DNA of 64,000 nucleotides from an uncultured Patescibacteria group bacterium (GTDB lineage: Bacteria > Patescibacteriota > Microgenomatia > UBA1400 > PJMF01), in the NCBI GenBank assembly GCA_905478415.1, contig CAJQIG010000002.1, positions 186,699 through 250,698 of the forward strand. The letters run 5' to 3'. The notes under the pieces were generated by a model. It was not told the DNA's origin. It did not search any database and was given only the letters and a program-made list of their open reading frames with translations. A program made the translations under genes and the position numbers. Positions 34,400 to 44,945 of the stretch are shown here, one piece after another (position 1 is the first letter of the stretch; each line of letters starts with the position of its first letter).

Positions 34400-36508
34400 T
34401 TACTGTTCGGCTGCCGCGAGTTGTTCGAGTTTTTCAAGAGCGGTCTGGTTTTGAGGGTCTATATTTTTGAGAATATACTTAAATTGCTCTCTGGCTTTTT
34501 CTAGTTCGGCACTGTTGATGTAGGCCTCTCCAAGCTGAATTCTGGCAGCGAGGTAGTTCGGCTTGAGTGTAATAGTTTCCTCGAGTAGTGTGCGTCCTTC
34601 ATCCGTGTTGCCCATAGTTGTTTCAACTACTGCCAAGTTGTAAAAAAGTTTGGGATCGTTCGGTGCACGCTCGATGCCAGCTAAGAGTGTGTTTTTTGCC
34701 TCTAGCAACAATTGGGGTTCGAGTTGAGCGAGTGTGATGAACATTCGAGCACGAGTTTTATAGAAATTGAGATGTACTGGGTTAAGGTTGAGGGCGGTGT
34801 CACTCATGGTGATAGCAGTCTGGGCAACCCGAGCTGCCGTAGTAGCTTCATTTTGTTCGGCCAAAGCCACGGCCAATCGAGAGAGCTCGCCAGAGAATGT
34901 ATCGTAAAAGAGCGCTTCATTGGGAGATTTTTGTAGAGCTTCTTCCATTTCAGCAACTCCTGTTTGATAGTTTCCCGATTTGAGTAAGGTTTTTGCTGTT
35001 GAGTAATGCACATCCGCACTCCAGTAGGTATACACTTTTGTGAGCAGGAAGAGGGTGGCTATAGCAGTGATTGTTAAGAAGGTGTATTGACTTCCAATTA
35101 GTTCACTGGTTGTTGCTTTAGTACCTTTTTCTTTTGGCATGAGGATGACTGCACAGGCTCCAAAAAAGACAAACATAGTGAGAGAAACAGCAACAGTTGA
35201 AAAGCCGAAGAAGTTAGAAATACTCAGAGCTCCAACTCCTGTTCCCAGCGCGAGCAGCACTAGTTTTTGTTTTTCAGAGACTTTCGTAGTACCCAGCACT
35301 GTTTTTGCAATGAAGTAAAAAACAGTTCCCAACAAGAAGAGGTAACTACCCAAGCCCGCTATCCCCGATGTAGACAAATAATTCAAAAATTCGTTGTGGG
35401 CTTTGTTGTAGAGAAAATCCCATTCGGAAACAAGGTTATGCTCCTGAGGTCGATCTTTGTAATAACTATACGCAAATGTTTCGACACCTGAACCTAAAAT
35501 AGGGTATCGTTTCCAGATAGCAAGCGCTCCTTGCCAGACAATTTTTCTAATCTCACCTGAATCTGTACCACCAACTTCTAATCTATCTGTTGCCGGTGCA
35601 GTTGTTTCCACGGGTGCTGTGACAGCTGGTTGGAGGAGCTGACTGAGTGAGGGAGTATAAATAGTACCGGTTATTAAGGTGGTTATCCCAATAAAAACAG
35701 TAGTAATTACTATGGGGGACCATTTTTTTAGATCTTCTTCAGACTTTTTGAGTATACTGACAATGGTGTATCCATACATAATCAGCAGTTCGGCAACAAA
35801 TGCTATAAAGCCAGATCGAGATCGGGTGAAGGAAAGCGCTGCTATTGCTAGAACAAGCGTGGTTCGATAGAGAATTTTTTCTAGCAATACTTTTTTATGC
35901 GAAAAACTTTGGATGAGTACCAAGGGAAGCACGAGCACAATAAATGCAGCCATCCAGTTTGGTTGCCCAAACGAGGCATAGACGCGGTTTTGGACATCTT
36001 GAACCCAACAGGCAGTGTTGAATTCCCCAGTCAGGATTGAGCAGCTCAGCGAGTGTCCAAAGTGCTCAAAAATGCCCCAAATTGAGACCAGACTCAAGCT
36101 AGTAAATAAGGCCCCAAAGAGTGGTAAAATTTGTTTTTTTGTAATGTTTGAGACAAAGGCGTAGTACAGTAGTGTATAGCTGAGTGTTGACATGAATCCG
36201 CCATGAAATCGGGAGTAGTAACCCAAAAACGAAGTTCTAGGATGCATCGAAAGGAGTGATGCTAAAAGCTGAATTGTGACAAATAAGAGTAGAGGAAAGT
36301 CAAGAAAAGTGCGTTTAAAAACCCACCTTTTTTCGACAATCATCCGGGCAATCCAGGTTCCAGTAATAAGGACTGTGCCAGCATATACCAGAATCATTTT
36401 ATTGAATTCGAAAAGTTCTGTGGTGATAAATCTAAAGTAGAGAGGAGTTGCCAGAAGTAAAAAGTAAAAGAGGACAAGAATGCTGTTTTGAAATGTTTGG
36501 GGTTTCAT
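34400..36508 (-). CDS. O-antigen ligase/polymerase-family polytopic membrane protein with a C-terminal TPR domain
   Basis: more than 10 TM helices in the N-terminal 450 aa; TPR-like repeats in the C-terminal ~200 aa. Confidence 0.55.
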   Translation of the reverse strand: MKPQTFQNSILVLFYFLLLATPLYFRFITTELFEFNKMILVYAGTVLITGTWIARMIVEKRWVFKRTFLDFPLLLFVTIQLLASLLSMHPRTSFLGYYSRFHGGFMSTLSYTLLYYAFVSNITKKQILPLFGALFTSLSLVSIWGIFEHFGHSLSCSILTGEFNTACWVQDVQNRVYASFGQPNWMAAFIVLVLPLVLIQSFSHKKVLLEKILYRTTLVLAIAALSFTRSRSGFIAFVAELLIMYGYTIVSILKKSEEDLKKWSPIVITTVFIGITTLITGTIYTPSLSQLLQPAVTAPVETTAPATDRLEVGGTDSGEIRKIVWQGALAIWKRYPILGSGVETFAYSYYKDRPQEHNLVSEWDFLYNKAHNEFLNYLSTSGIAGLGSYLFLLGTVFYFIAKTVLGTTKVSEKQKLVLLALGTGVGALSISNFFGFSTVAVSLTMFVFFGACAVILMPKEKGTKATTSELIGSQYTFLTITAIATLFLLTKVYTYWSADVHYSTAKTLLKSGNYQTGVAEMEEALQKSPNEALFYDTFSGELSRLAVALAEQNEATTAARVAQTAITMSDTALNLNPVHLNFYKTRARMFITLAQLEPQLLLEAKNTLLAGIERAPNDPKLFYNLAVVETTMGNTDEGRTLLEETITLKPNYLAARIQLGEAYINSAELEKAREQFKYILKNIDPQNQTALEKLEQLAAAEQ

Positions 36509-36623
36509 AGCTAGCAGTATACAAGACTCTGTTCAAAATAACACTTAGTTTTCACCTTGTATTCCAAAATAAAACTCTGTACTATTAGTAGTACATAAGT
36601 AATATAGTTTATAGCCTGCCGCC

Positions 36624-37157
36624 ATGAATACAAACTCCTCCTATAGTGACGAATACACTCCACCAGTTAGTGCTGCTACAGCACCAGCGAGTTCTGTTGA
36701 TCCAACTGAGACCAGTGGTAAGCAAAAACTCGAAGATCAAAACATTTTCACTCTTCTGGGAGTGAGTGATGGAAATGAGAGTGAAAAGTCACAATTTTTA
36801 GATCAACTACAACAAGTCATTTGGGAAGATTTTCTTGAGAATGACGTCTCACTCTTAGTCCTTGATTCAGAGCATCAAAAACTTAAAGAGCTTATTGGAG
36901 AAAACACTGCCAGTTTGTCTATTGAGACACAAGAAAAAGTGATTGAGTATCTCGAAGAACTAATTCCTGATTTAGAAGAAATAATGGTCGACAAGGCTAT
37001 TCGACTCAAGGCTGATCTTTTTAGAGAACGCATCGAAAGTATGAAGACTTTATTTGCTGGTGATGCTGCAAAGCTTCAAAAAGTAACTGAAGCTGAGTCG
37101 TTTGTTCAATCTGGAAGTTGGGCTTCTGCAGCTGACGTTCTTAACACGCTCAAGTAA
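36624..37157 (+). CDS. hypothetical acidic protein
   Basis: 177-aa ORF. Confidence 0.4.
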   Translation: MNTNSSYSDEYTPPVSAATAPASSVDPTETSGKQKLEDQNIFTLLGVSDGNESEKSQFLDQLQQVIWEDFLENDVSLLVLDSEHQKLKELIGENTASLSIETQEKVIEYLEELIPDLEEIMVDKAIRLKADLFRERIESMKTLFAGDAAKLQKVTEAESFVQSGSWASAADVLNTLK

Positions 37158-37257
37158 TTCTCTTTTTTTAATTTTTTAACTTAGTTTTAGACAGGTCATA
37201 TGTTTCTTGGCGTGACTGCCCTTGTACTATCGGGTTTTTTTGATGTATTCTAGCGGC

Positions 37258-38298
37258 ATGAGTAGAGTTGCACAGTTACTATCAACTTTTTCGGGATTTT
37301 CTAAAAACCAACCGTTGTTATTCGATTGCGGATCGACAGTGACGCGAGTGTTTTTTGAGGGCAAGTTGTTAGCCGAAGAGCCAACCTGTATTGCAGTTCA
37401 TGCTGAGTCGGGCTCGACAGTTGCTGTGGGGGCGAAGGCTGTTTCGCTGCTGGGTAAAGTATCAGACAAGTTTCAGGTTGAGTTTCCAATAGCGCACGGT
37501 GAAATTAGCAGTCCGTCTTTACTGCAAAAATTTTTAGAAGTAGTAGTTTCAAAATTTGATACCACTGTGTTTTCAAAAGTAATGGGCTTTCCAGTTGTCC
37601 TAGTGGTGCCAAGCGAACTGTCTCCTGTCCAAAAAACTATTTTTGAAGAGACGTTTAAAAAGGCTGGATTTCGCTCAGTAGTGCTCATTCCCCAAGCTGA
37701 GACATTACTTGAGAAACTAGGTGCGGGTGGAGAACATGAAAGTTTCTGTTACCTTGATTTTGGTGGGCAGAAAAGTGAGTTCGGTATTTTTACTCTCAAC
37801 GAAAAAATTAAAAGTATGACCGTTAGAACCGGTGGTGTTCAGCTGACAGAAATTATTCAGGAGCACATACGCTTAGTGCATAATCTGGAAGTTAGTTGGC
37901 ATGTGGCGGAGCAAGTCAAACGGGAAGCCTGTAGCTTTGTGGGCTTGGTCCCTGGAGGAGGCAGAGTAGCTGCTACTAAAGTAGCAATTAGGGGAAAGGA
38001 TGTGGTGACGCAGGCGGGAAAAACAGTCACGGTTTCATCAGCTGATTTTCTAGAATCATTTGGATTTGTCGTCGAAGAGTTGATTGACGCGCTTCAGTTC
38101 TTTTTTGCAAGTGTTCCGGCTCACTTAGTGGCTTCTTCACTTGAAGATGGCATTTTTATGACGGGAGGAATGAGTCAGATGACCGGTCTGAAAGAGCTGC
38201 TTGAACATACTTTTTCAAGTCCAGTGTACGTACATAAGCATCCAGATTTAGATAGTATTGAGGGACTACATCTTCGAGTAAGTAAGCATGAAATATAA
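37258..38298 (+). CDS. mreB: divergent actin-like MreB homolog
   Basis: LLFDCGSTVTRVFFEG...EPTCIAV...VGAKA..GEISSPSLLQKFL parallels MreB DLGTANT...PSVVA...VG..A pattern; followed by mreC, mreD and mrdA. Confidence 0.55.
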   Translation: MSRVAQLLSTFSGFSKNQPLLFDCGSTVTRVFFEGKLLAEEPTCIAVHAESGSTVAVGAKAVSLLGKVSDKFQVEFPIAHGEISSPSLLQKFLEVVVSKFDTTVFSKVMGFPVVLVVPSELSPVQKTIFEETFKKAGFRSVVLIPQAETLLEKLGAGGEHESFCYLDFGGQKSEFGIFTLNEKIKSMTVRTGGVQLTEIIQEHIRLVHNLEVSWHVAEQVKREACSFVGLVPGGGRVAATKVAIRGKDVVTQAGKTVTVSSADFLESFGFVVEELIDALQFFFASVPAHLVASSLEDGIFMTGGMSQMTGLKELLEHTFSSPVYVHKHPDLDSIEGLHLRVSKHEI

Positions 38299-39079
38299 GA
38301 TACTCAGACCAAAAGAAGAACTGTGGGGACACAGAGTCCTGATGGCAGTGATGGTGGTTGGGGCGATGGTTCTCATTTCTATTAGTGGTTGGTATACACC
38401 AATTCAGAATACTTTACTGACAGCCAGTGCTCCCTTTTTGCGAGTGACTTCACGAGTGGTGTCAGTAGCTCTGTTACCGGTTAAGGGTGTATTTTCTGGA
38501 GCAAATTCCCAAGATAAAATCAGACAACTATCTGCAGAGGCTAGTATTTTGCAGGCTCGTATCGCAGAGTTAGAATACGTTGAAAAAGAAAATGAGGCAT
38601 TGAAGAATATTCTTGAAAATTCAGATAGAACTCTCGATGAGATGTATATTGCTTCTCCGATCTTATCACTCTCATATCCAGCAATTGGGGTAGGGGAACG
38701 AGAAGGAGTGTTACCTCAACAAGCGGTGGTGTTATCTGGAACATTAATAGGCACAATTTCCGAGGTGTACCCAACTCAGTCGAAAGTCAGTTTACTCTCA
38801 AGTCAAACGGCATCACCACTGTTAGTGAGGACGGAGACCGGTATTGAAGGAATAATTATTGGAGACGGAAAGAACGTGATTATGCGCCACATCCCCAGAG
38901 AAATTCAGGTTAAAGAGGGGGAGCGTGTTTTTACTATTGGTCAAGAAGGTATTAGAAAAAATATGTTTGTAGGTCGAGTTTCGCAGGTTGTGGCTGAGCC
39001 AAGTTCTCCAACTCAGGAGGCCACTATTTCTCAATACGTTTCATTTTATGATGCGGTACTTGTGGAGGTTTGGCAATGA
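38288..39079 (+). CDS. mreC: rod shape-determining protein MreC
   Basis: N-terminal TM, coiled coil (ILQARIAELEYVEKENEALKNIL), beta-barrel C-terminal domain. Confidence 0.6.
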   Translation: MKYKILRPKEELWGHRVLMAVMVVGAMVLISISGWYTPIQNTLLTASAPFLRVTSRVVSVALLPVKGVFSGANSQDKIRQLSAEASILQARIAELEYVEKENEALKNILENSDRTLDEMYIASPILSLSYPAIGVGEREGVLPQQAVVLSGTLIGTISEVYPTQSKVSLLSSQTASPLLVRTETGIEGIIIGDGKNVIMRHIPREIQVKEGERVFTIGQEGIRKNMFVGRVSQVVAEPSSPTQEATISQYVSFYDAVLVEVWQ

Positions 39080-39561
39080 GGACTGCTTGGCCAAAATCAC
39101 TACTATTAATTATACTTTTGTTTCTGTCTCTCTCTTTTGAGAGAGTCATTGGTGTGCCTCTTATTTCGTTGATAGTATTTTATCATCTTTTTTTTACCGC
39201 CCGTACTTCAGTCCAGGGGATATCGCTGCTTCTTTTTTCATTGTTGGTTGCCGCTCTCTATACTACAGATCCTGTTTTGACAGCCATTTTGATGGTTGGT
39301 TTTTTCCTTGTACTTAAAAGCATTTCGGGCACAATGGGGTCATTACTGAGTTGGCAACTCCTAGCACTTTCTTGTGTTCAAGCAGTGGTTTTGGGGTATT
39401 TGGCCCACTTGGAGATCACGTTCATATCCCTCTTTGCCGGAGTATTACAATTTTTAGTTTCAGTCTTTTTTATTAGGAAAGTGATGTTTAAGGATATTCA
39501 ACAATCATTTACCTGGAAGCAGAAGATTTTTTCTTCTAAAGTGTATGAGAAAACCGTATAA
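39070..39561 (+). CDS. mreD: MreD-like polytopic membrane protein
   Basis: 163 aa, 4-5 TM helices, position between mreC and mrdA. Confidence 0.4.
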   Translation: MAMRTAWPKSLLLIILLFLSLSFERVIGVPLISLIVFYHLFFTARTSVQGISLLLFSLLVAALYTTDPVLTAILMVGFFLVLKSISGTMGSLLSWQLLALSCVQAVVLGYLAHLEITFISLFAGVLQFLVSVFFIRKVMFKDIQQSFTWKQKIFSSKVYEKTV

Positions 39562-41482
39562 TCACACGTATACTCGGCAGATAGCTTTTGTAATTGTAGT
39601 GGTGGGGACTATTTTCGCACTTCTTTTCTTACGATTACTTGATCTACAAGTTGTGCGTGGAGCATTTTTTCGAGCTAAGGCTGATGGAAACAGATTTTAT
39701 ACACGGTACGTACCAGCCGAGCGTGGCGTTTTCTTTGACAGGTTTGGTGAACCACTTGTAGTTAATGTTCCGAAATACTATCTCCTCGAGGATAGAGATT
39801 CCCTGTACAGTCCAAGAAAAGCAATTTCTCACCAAGAAGCTCTAGAAGAAATGAGTAGAAACAGTGATACTGTTGATTTTGAAATTGAACGACACTATCT
39901 TTTCCCAGAATCAACCTCACACATCATGGGATATGTGGGTTCGGTGACAGCTGAAGATTTGGCAAAAAACTCGTCTCTTCCAAGAAATGCCCAGATTGGC
40001 AAGATGGGGCTTGAGAATGTTTTTGACGAAGTAATTCGAGGTACAAGTGGTTCAGTTACGTACGAAATTAATGCGCTTGGGAAAAAACAGCGTACTGTTG
40101 TCACTCAACCAGGATCTCCAGGAGAGAGTATAGAAACATCTTTAGATCCATATCTGTCCGAAGTGGCATTTCGAGCTCTGGGTGATCAAAGGGGAGCAGT
40201 AGTAATCTTGGATGCAGATACAGGTCGAGTACTTTCGTTAGTGAGCGCCCCAACATTTAATTCTTCTGTAATGAGCCGAACTGCTATCGATATTTCTTTG
40301 GAGCGAGCACGCCGTAAGCAAGTGCAGGAATACTTTAGTAATCCTCTACAGCTCTTTTTTAATCGTACGACGGCAGGCGCCTATCCGCCTGGTTCTGTGT
40401 TTAAACTGATCACTGCACTTTCGGGTCTGGAGAAAGGTGTTCTTACTAAAGATACAACTGTTATTGATGAGGGAACACTAGATCTGGGTGAATATAGTTA
40501 TGCCAACTGGTACTTCACTCAATATGGTCGAGTTGAGGGAGAGATTAATCTGGTTCGGTCTATTGCTCGGAGTAATGACATCTTCTTTTATAAAGCTGCT
40601 GAGGCGATTGGTCCGACTCAGTTGGCCGAGGATGCTCACTTATTTGGTTTAGGTGAAAAGACAGGTATTGAACTTCCTGGTGAGGTTACAGGTTTAGTGC
40701 CTACCCCAGAGTGGAAAGAACAAGTAGTTGGTGAAAAATGGTACACAGGTAATACCTTCCACATGGGTATTGGACAGGGGGATGTGTTAGTTTCTCCGAT
40801 TCAACTAGCTGCAGCTATCCAGACTATAGCGAAACGGGGGGCTCACTGCCTTCCTCGAATAACGAGCAGTACTGCTCAAAATACGCAACGCTGTGCCGAG
40901 TTGGGGATTCAAGAAGATCATTTACAGATAGTTGTTGAAGGGATGCTCGATGCTTGTTCTGAAGGAGGCACGGCCTATCCTTTCTTTGCACATAATAAGG
41001 AAGCCCGCAAACCAGAACTAGATCCCTATGCCCAGGTTAAAAGTGGAGGAGTGGCCTGCAAAACGGGAACCTCAGAGTTTGGGGGTGTCGATGAAGAAGG
41101 CTACAGAAATACTCACGCCTGGTTTTCATTGTTTTTTTCTTTGAATCCAGAGATGAAAGCTCGGGCTGAAGCAGTTGAAAGCAAAGATACAATAGTTGAG
41201 GCGGTCGCAACTGGTTCGGGTGAACTTGTGAGTGATGTCCAACAGCCATTCGATACAACTCTGACTCTAAAAAAGAGTGCCGAAGAGTATTCACTTGAGG
41301 AACTCTATCAGCTTTGGAGTCAAAAGATGCTGACAGGGTATCCTAAAAATATAGTGATGGTTGTGCTGATTGAAAGTGACGAAGCAAATCAGTTTAAAGA
41401 GGGGTCTCGAGATGCAGCCCCCGTGGCCAAGAGTGTTTTTGACTGGATGTTAGGAGAAATACCAACGACGGTTACTCCGTAA
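39545..41482 (+). CDS. mrdA: penicillin-binding protein 2 (peptidoglycan D,D-transpeptidase)
   Basis: SVFK (SxxK), SND (SxN) and KTGTSE (KTG) motifs. Confidence 0.8.
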   Translation: MRKPYNHTYTRQIAFVIVVVGTIFALLFLRLLDLQVVRGAFFRAKADGNRFYTRYVPAERGVFFDRFGEPLVVNVPKYYLLEDRDSLYSPRKAISHQEALEEMSRNSDTVDFEIERHYLFPESTSHIMGYVGSVTAEDLAKNSSLPRNAQIGKMGLENVFDEVIRGTSGSVTYEINALGKKQRTVVTQPGSPGESIETSLDPYLSEVAFRALGDQRGAVVILDADTGRVLSLVSAPTFNSSVMSRTAIDISLERARRKQVQEYFSNPLQLFFNRTTAGAYPPGSVFKLITALSGLEKGVLTKDTTVIDEGTLDLGEYSYANWYFTQYGRVEGEINLVRSIARSNDIFFYKAAEAIGPTQLAEDAHLFGLGEKTGIELPGEVTGLVPTPEWKEQVVGEKWYTGNTFHMGIGQGDVLVSPIQLAAAIQTIAKRGAHCLPRITSSTAQNTQRCAELGIQEDHLQIVVEGMLDACSEGGTAYPFFAHNKEARKPELDPYAQVKSGGVACKTGTSEFGGVDEEGYRNTHAWFSLFFSLNPEMKARAEAVESKDTIVEAVATGSGELVSDVQQPFDTTLTLKKSAEEYSLEELYQLWSQKMLTGYPKNIVMVVLIESDEANQFKEGSRDAAPVAKSVFDWMLGEIPTTVTP

Positions 41483-41516
41483 TCTCTTTGTCAGAAAGAC
41501 AGAGTACTCTGTCAGT

Positions 41517-42641
41517 ATGGATTTTGTTTCTCTAGATTTCCTTTCTTTGCTTGATCAAAAAATCTTGGTTTTCTTTCTTTTAGCTCAAAAGGGGATTGGC
41601 CGACAGCGGGCACGGGCTATTTTATTAGAACTTTCAAAAACACAGATAAAACCCAAAGAGATTCGGAAGTATTTACAACCCCTTTTAATAAAATATAAGT
41701 GTAAAAATATATTTGATAAATCAATTTCATGGAATGAAATAGAGAACTTTTATTACTCAAACAGTGAGGCGTTTTTAGCAAGAGGTGTTTCGGTTGTCTA
41801 TTATAGAGAAAAAGCATTTCCTCATTCATTGCGGTCAATTGCTGACTCACCACTGCTCCTTTTCTATAAAGGTTCTGGTGGATTGTTCTCCCAAAGAGGG
41901 GTGGCTATGGTTGGGACACGAAAGATTACTCCCTATGGGAAACTCGTCACAAAAAAAATCACAGCCGAAGTCGTTGCAGATGGATTTGTGACCATTTCTG
42001 GTTGTATGTATGGTGTTGACGAGCTTGTTCATCGAGAGACGATGAAGTATAGGGGGAAAACGATCGCTGTGCTTGGCTACGGTTTTGATTATTTTTATCC
42101 ATCACAGGCTCAAGCTCTTCAAGAGGCTATTATTGCTGCGGGTGGCACGGTAGTCACAGAATATTTCCCTTGGATAGAGCCTCGGCCAGGTTTCTTTTTA
42201 GATAGGAATCGTTTGATTGCTGGCCTCAGTCAAGCAACTATTGTCCTTGAAGCAGCTGAAAAATCGGGAAGTCATAGAACTGCCGTATCAGCTGCCGAGA
42301 ATGGTCGTCAAGTTTTTGCAGTTCCTGGTCCCATTACTAATCCCTACTCTGAAGGTACTAAATGGCTCATAAATCAGGGGGCACTGTTGATTACCTCAGG
42401 GTTTGAGGTGGCGCAACACTTGGGCGTAGCCTCCTCACCAGTGAGGAGCAGCAACAAAAACCTTTTTGTCGAGGGAGATGCAACCAATTCAGTGATCCAG
42501 GTTTTACAGTCTGGGCCAAGTACGGTAGAGGATCTGGCTTGTAAAACCAGTTTGTCGTTACGCGAAGTATTGCGGACGCTCGGATATATGGAGTTAGATG
42601 GTACACTTGCCAAAGATGGTATACTCTGGTATCTGAAGTAA
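41517..42641 (+). CDS. dprA: DNA processing protein DprA
   Basis: Rossmann-like DprA core (MVGTRKITPYG...VTISGCMYGVDELVHRE...IAVLGYGFDYFYP...GPITNPYSEGTKWLINQGA). Confidence 0.75.
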   Translation: MDFVSLDFLSLLDQKILVFFLLAQKGIGRQRARAILLELSKTQIKPKEIRKYLQPLLIKYKCKNIFDKSISWNEIENFYYSNSEAFLARGVSVVYYREKAFPHSLRSIADSPLLLFYKGSGGLFSQRGVAMVGTRKITPYGKLVTKKITAEVVADGFVTISGCMYGVDELVHRETMKYRGKTIAVLGYGFDYFYPSQAQALQEAIIAAGGTVVTEYFPWIEPRPGFFLDRNRLIAGLSQATIVLEAAEKSGSHRTAVSAAENGRQVFAVPGPITNPYSEGTKWLINQGALLITSGFEVAQHLGVASSPVRSSNKNLFVEGDATNSVIQVLQSGPSTVEDLACKTSLSLREVLRTLGYMELDGTLAKDGILWYLK

Positions 42642-42738
42642 CGTGTCAGCTTTTGTCTCTTACAGAACTGTGCGCCTCTTTGATAGAGTAGAAGAACCTG
42701 ATTTTTGATTAAAGTAATACGGAAAGTACAACACTGCC

Positions 42739-44943
42739 ATGCATTTAGTTATTGTTGAGTCACCCACTAAGGCTCGAAAGTTGAGTGGGTATTTGGGAAA
42801 AGAGTTTAGAGTTGAAGCCTCGGTTGGACATGTTCGTGATTTACCAAAAAGTGGCCTCGGGGTTGATGAAGAAACACTGGAGCCAACCTACGAAGTGAAT
42901 GAAGACAAGAAAAAGGTAGTGAGTAACCTCAAGAAACAAGCAAAAGATGCTGAGCTTGTGTATTTGGCAACTGACCCTGACCGAGAAGGTGAAGCAATTG
43001 CTTGGCATATTCAGGCTCTATTGTCGGAGGCGAAGGGGAGTACTAAAAAACCAAGTGATTTTCGTCGAGCAACCTTTCATGAAATTACAAAATCTGCAGT
43101 ATTAAAAGCTATGGAAAAGCCAACTGAGTTGAATATGCATCTCGTAGATGCACAGCAAGCTCGGAGAGTTTTGGACCGTTTGGTGGGATATAAAGTTTCG
43201 CCGGTGCTTTGGAAGAAGATTCGTCGGGGACTCTCTGCAGGTCGAGTTCAGTCGGTGGCCCTCAGGCTTTTAGCAGAGCGTGAGCGAGAAATTGAAGCTT
43301 TTATTCCAGATGAGTATTGGGAAGTGGATGTAGCTCTTGCTAAGGAAACTCAGAAAGCTGAAATTTTTGTCGAAGGCAAAGCGGTGAAAGAAATTCCTGA
43401 AGGAATTTTGATGGGGTCTGTTCAGACAGTGAATGGCAAAAAATTTGCACCAAAAGTGGAGGCAGATGTAGTTGATCTTAAGAAGGTCATCCCGAGTGCT
43501 ACTATGGTTATTTCTGACATAGAAAAGAAAGGTCGCAAACGCAGTAGTTTGCCGCCATTTACAACTTCTTCTTTGCAGCAAAAAGCCGCTACCACCTATG
43601 GCTTTAGTGGTAAAAAAACTATGCAGTTGGCTCAACATTTATATGAAGAAGGTTTAATTACGTATCACAGAACTGATTCATTTAACCTCTCAACTCAGGC
43701 GTTGGATATGGCGCGTGCGCATATTTCAGAAAAGTATGGAGCCGATTATTTACCTGCAACACCCAAACAGTTTGCAACTAAAAGTAAGAATGCACAAGAA
43801 GCTCACGAAGCAATTCGTGTGACTGATATCTCGATTTTTGGTGATGACATTGTAGCCAAGAGTACCAAGTTTACCGCGCAGCATGTGAAGTTGTATTCTC
43901 TGATTTGGAATCGATATGTTGCGAGTCAAATGACGGCTGCTCAGTATGAACAGACAGCTGTCACCGTTGCTTTCACACCGAAAGAAGAGGGAACAGCAGT
44001 GAAAGAAGGTGAAATTAGGGTATCTGGTTCGATTTTGAAGTTTGATGGTTGGACACGCTTGTTTCCAAACAGAGAAGATACTCTCTTGCCAGAAGTTGAA
44101 AAAGGAGATGTCTTACATCATGTTGATAGCCTATTCGCTCAGAAATTTACTCAACCACCAGCTCGATTTAATGATGCCTCACTAATTAAGGAACTGGAAA
44201 AGAGAGGCATTGGTCGTCCAAGTACCTACGCTTCGATTATTTCAGTAGTAGTTGACCGTGGCTATGTTGAGCGTAAAGAAAAGCGTTTCTTTACTAGTCC
44301 GGTAGGATTAACGGTCAGTGATTTTTTAATCGAGAGCTTCCCCGAATTTATGGAGTATGAATTCACCGCTGAGATGGAAGAAGATTTAGATAGAATTGCT
44401 CGAGGAGAGCGCGAATGGAAAAAAGTTGTTGCTAGTTTATATAATCCGCTCAGTAAAAAAATTGCTAAAGTAACTGACACAGCCGAGCGCAAACAAATTC
44501 CTGTCGAAAAAACTGGTGAGGTGTGTCCAGATTGTGGCAAAACTGACCACGGTGAAATTGTGATTCGCACTGGCAGATATGGAAAATTCAAAAGTTGTAG
44601 TCGCTTCCCTGACTGTAAGTTCACAGAAAATATCAGTGAAAAGCTTGAAGATGTTAAATGTCCTTTGTGTCAAAAGGGAGATGTCGTCATCAAAAACTCT
44701 CGATGGGGAAAATCGTTCTTTGGATGTGAGCGATACCCAGAGTGTGATTGGGCTTCATGGAAAAAACCAGAAAAAGGTGAGCTTGTTACAGCGGCCGACT
44801 GGAAAGTAATGCAAGAAAAGCGAGCTGAACGCAAGAAAAAGTGGCTTGAAAGCAGAAAAAAAACTACTGGAGCTAAAAAGCCTGCGGCGAAGAAAAAGCC
44901 AACTAAGAAAAAAGCTGCTGCCAAGAAAAAAACTAAAAAATAG
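42739..44943 (+). CDS. topA: DNA topoisomerase I
   Basis: Toprim N-terminus (LVIVESPTKARK), C-terminal zinc ribbons and Lys-rich tail; 734 aa. Confidence 0.9.
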   Translation: MHLVIVESPTKARKLSGYLGKEFRVEASVGHVRDLPKSGLGVDEETLEPTYEVNEDKKKVVSNLKKQAKDAELVYLATDPDREGEAIAWHIQALLSEAKGSTKKPSDFRRATFHEITKSAVLKAMEKPTELNMHLVDAQQARRVLDRLVGYKVSPVLWKKIRRGLSAGRVQSVALRLLAEREREIEAFIPDEYWEVDVALAKETQKAEIFVEGKAVKEIPEGILMGSVQTVNGKKFAPKVEADVVDLKKVIPSATMVISDIEKKGRKRSSLPPFTTSSLQQKAATTYGFSGKKTMQLAQHLYEEGLITYHRTDSFNLSTQALDMARAHISEKYGADYLPATPKQFATKSKNAQEAHEAIRVTDISIFGDDIVAKSTKFTAQHVKLYSLIWNRYVASQMTAAQYEQTAVTVAFTPKEEGTAVKEGEIRVSGSILKFDGWTRLFPNREDTLLPEVEKGDVLHHVDSLFAQKFTQPPARFNDASLIKELEKRGIGRPSTYASIISVVVDRGYVERKEKRFFTSPVGLTVSDFLIESFPEFMEYEFTAEMEEDLDRIARGEREWKKVVASLYNPLSKKIAKVTDTAERKQIPVEKTGEVCPDCGKTDHGEIVIRTGRYGKFKSCSRFPDCKFTENISEKLEDVKCPLCQKGDVVIKNSRWGKSFFGCERYPECDWASWKKPEKGELVTAADWKVMQEKRAERKKKWLESRKKTTGAKKPAAKKKPTKKKAAAKKKTKK

Positions 44944-44945
44944 AG

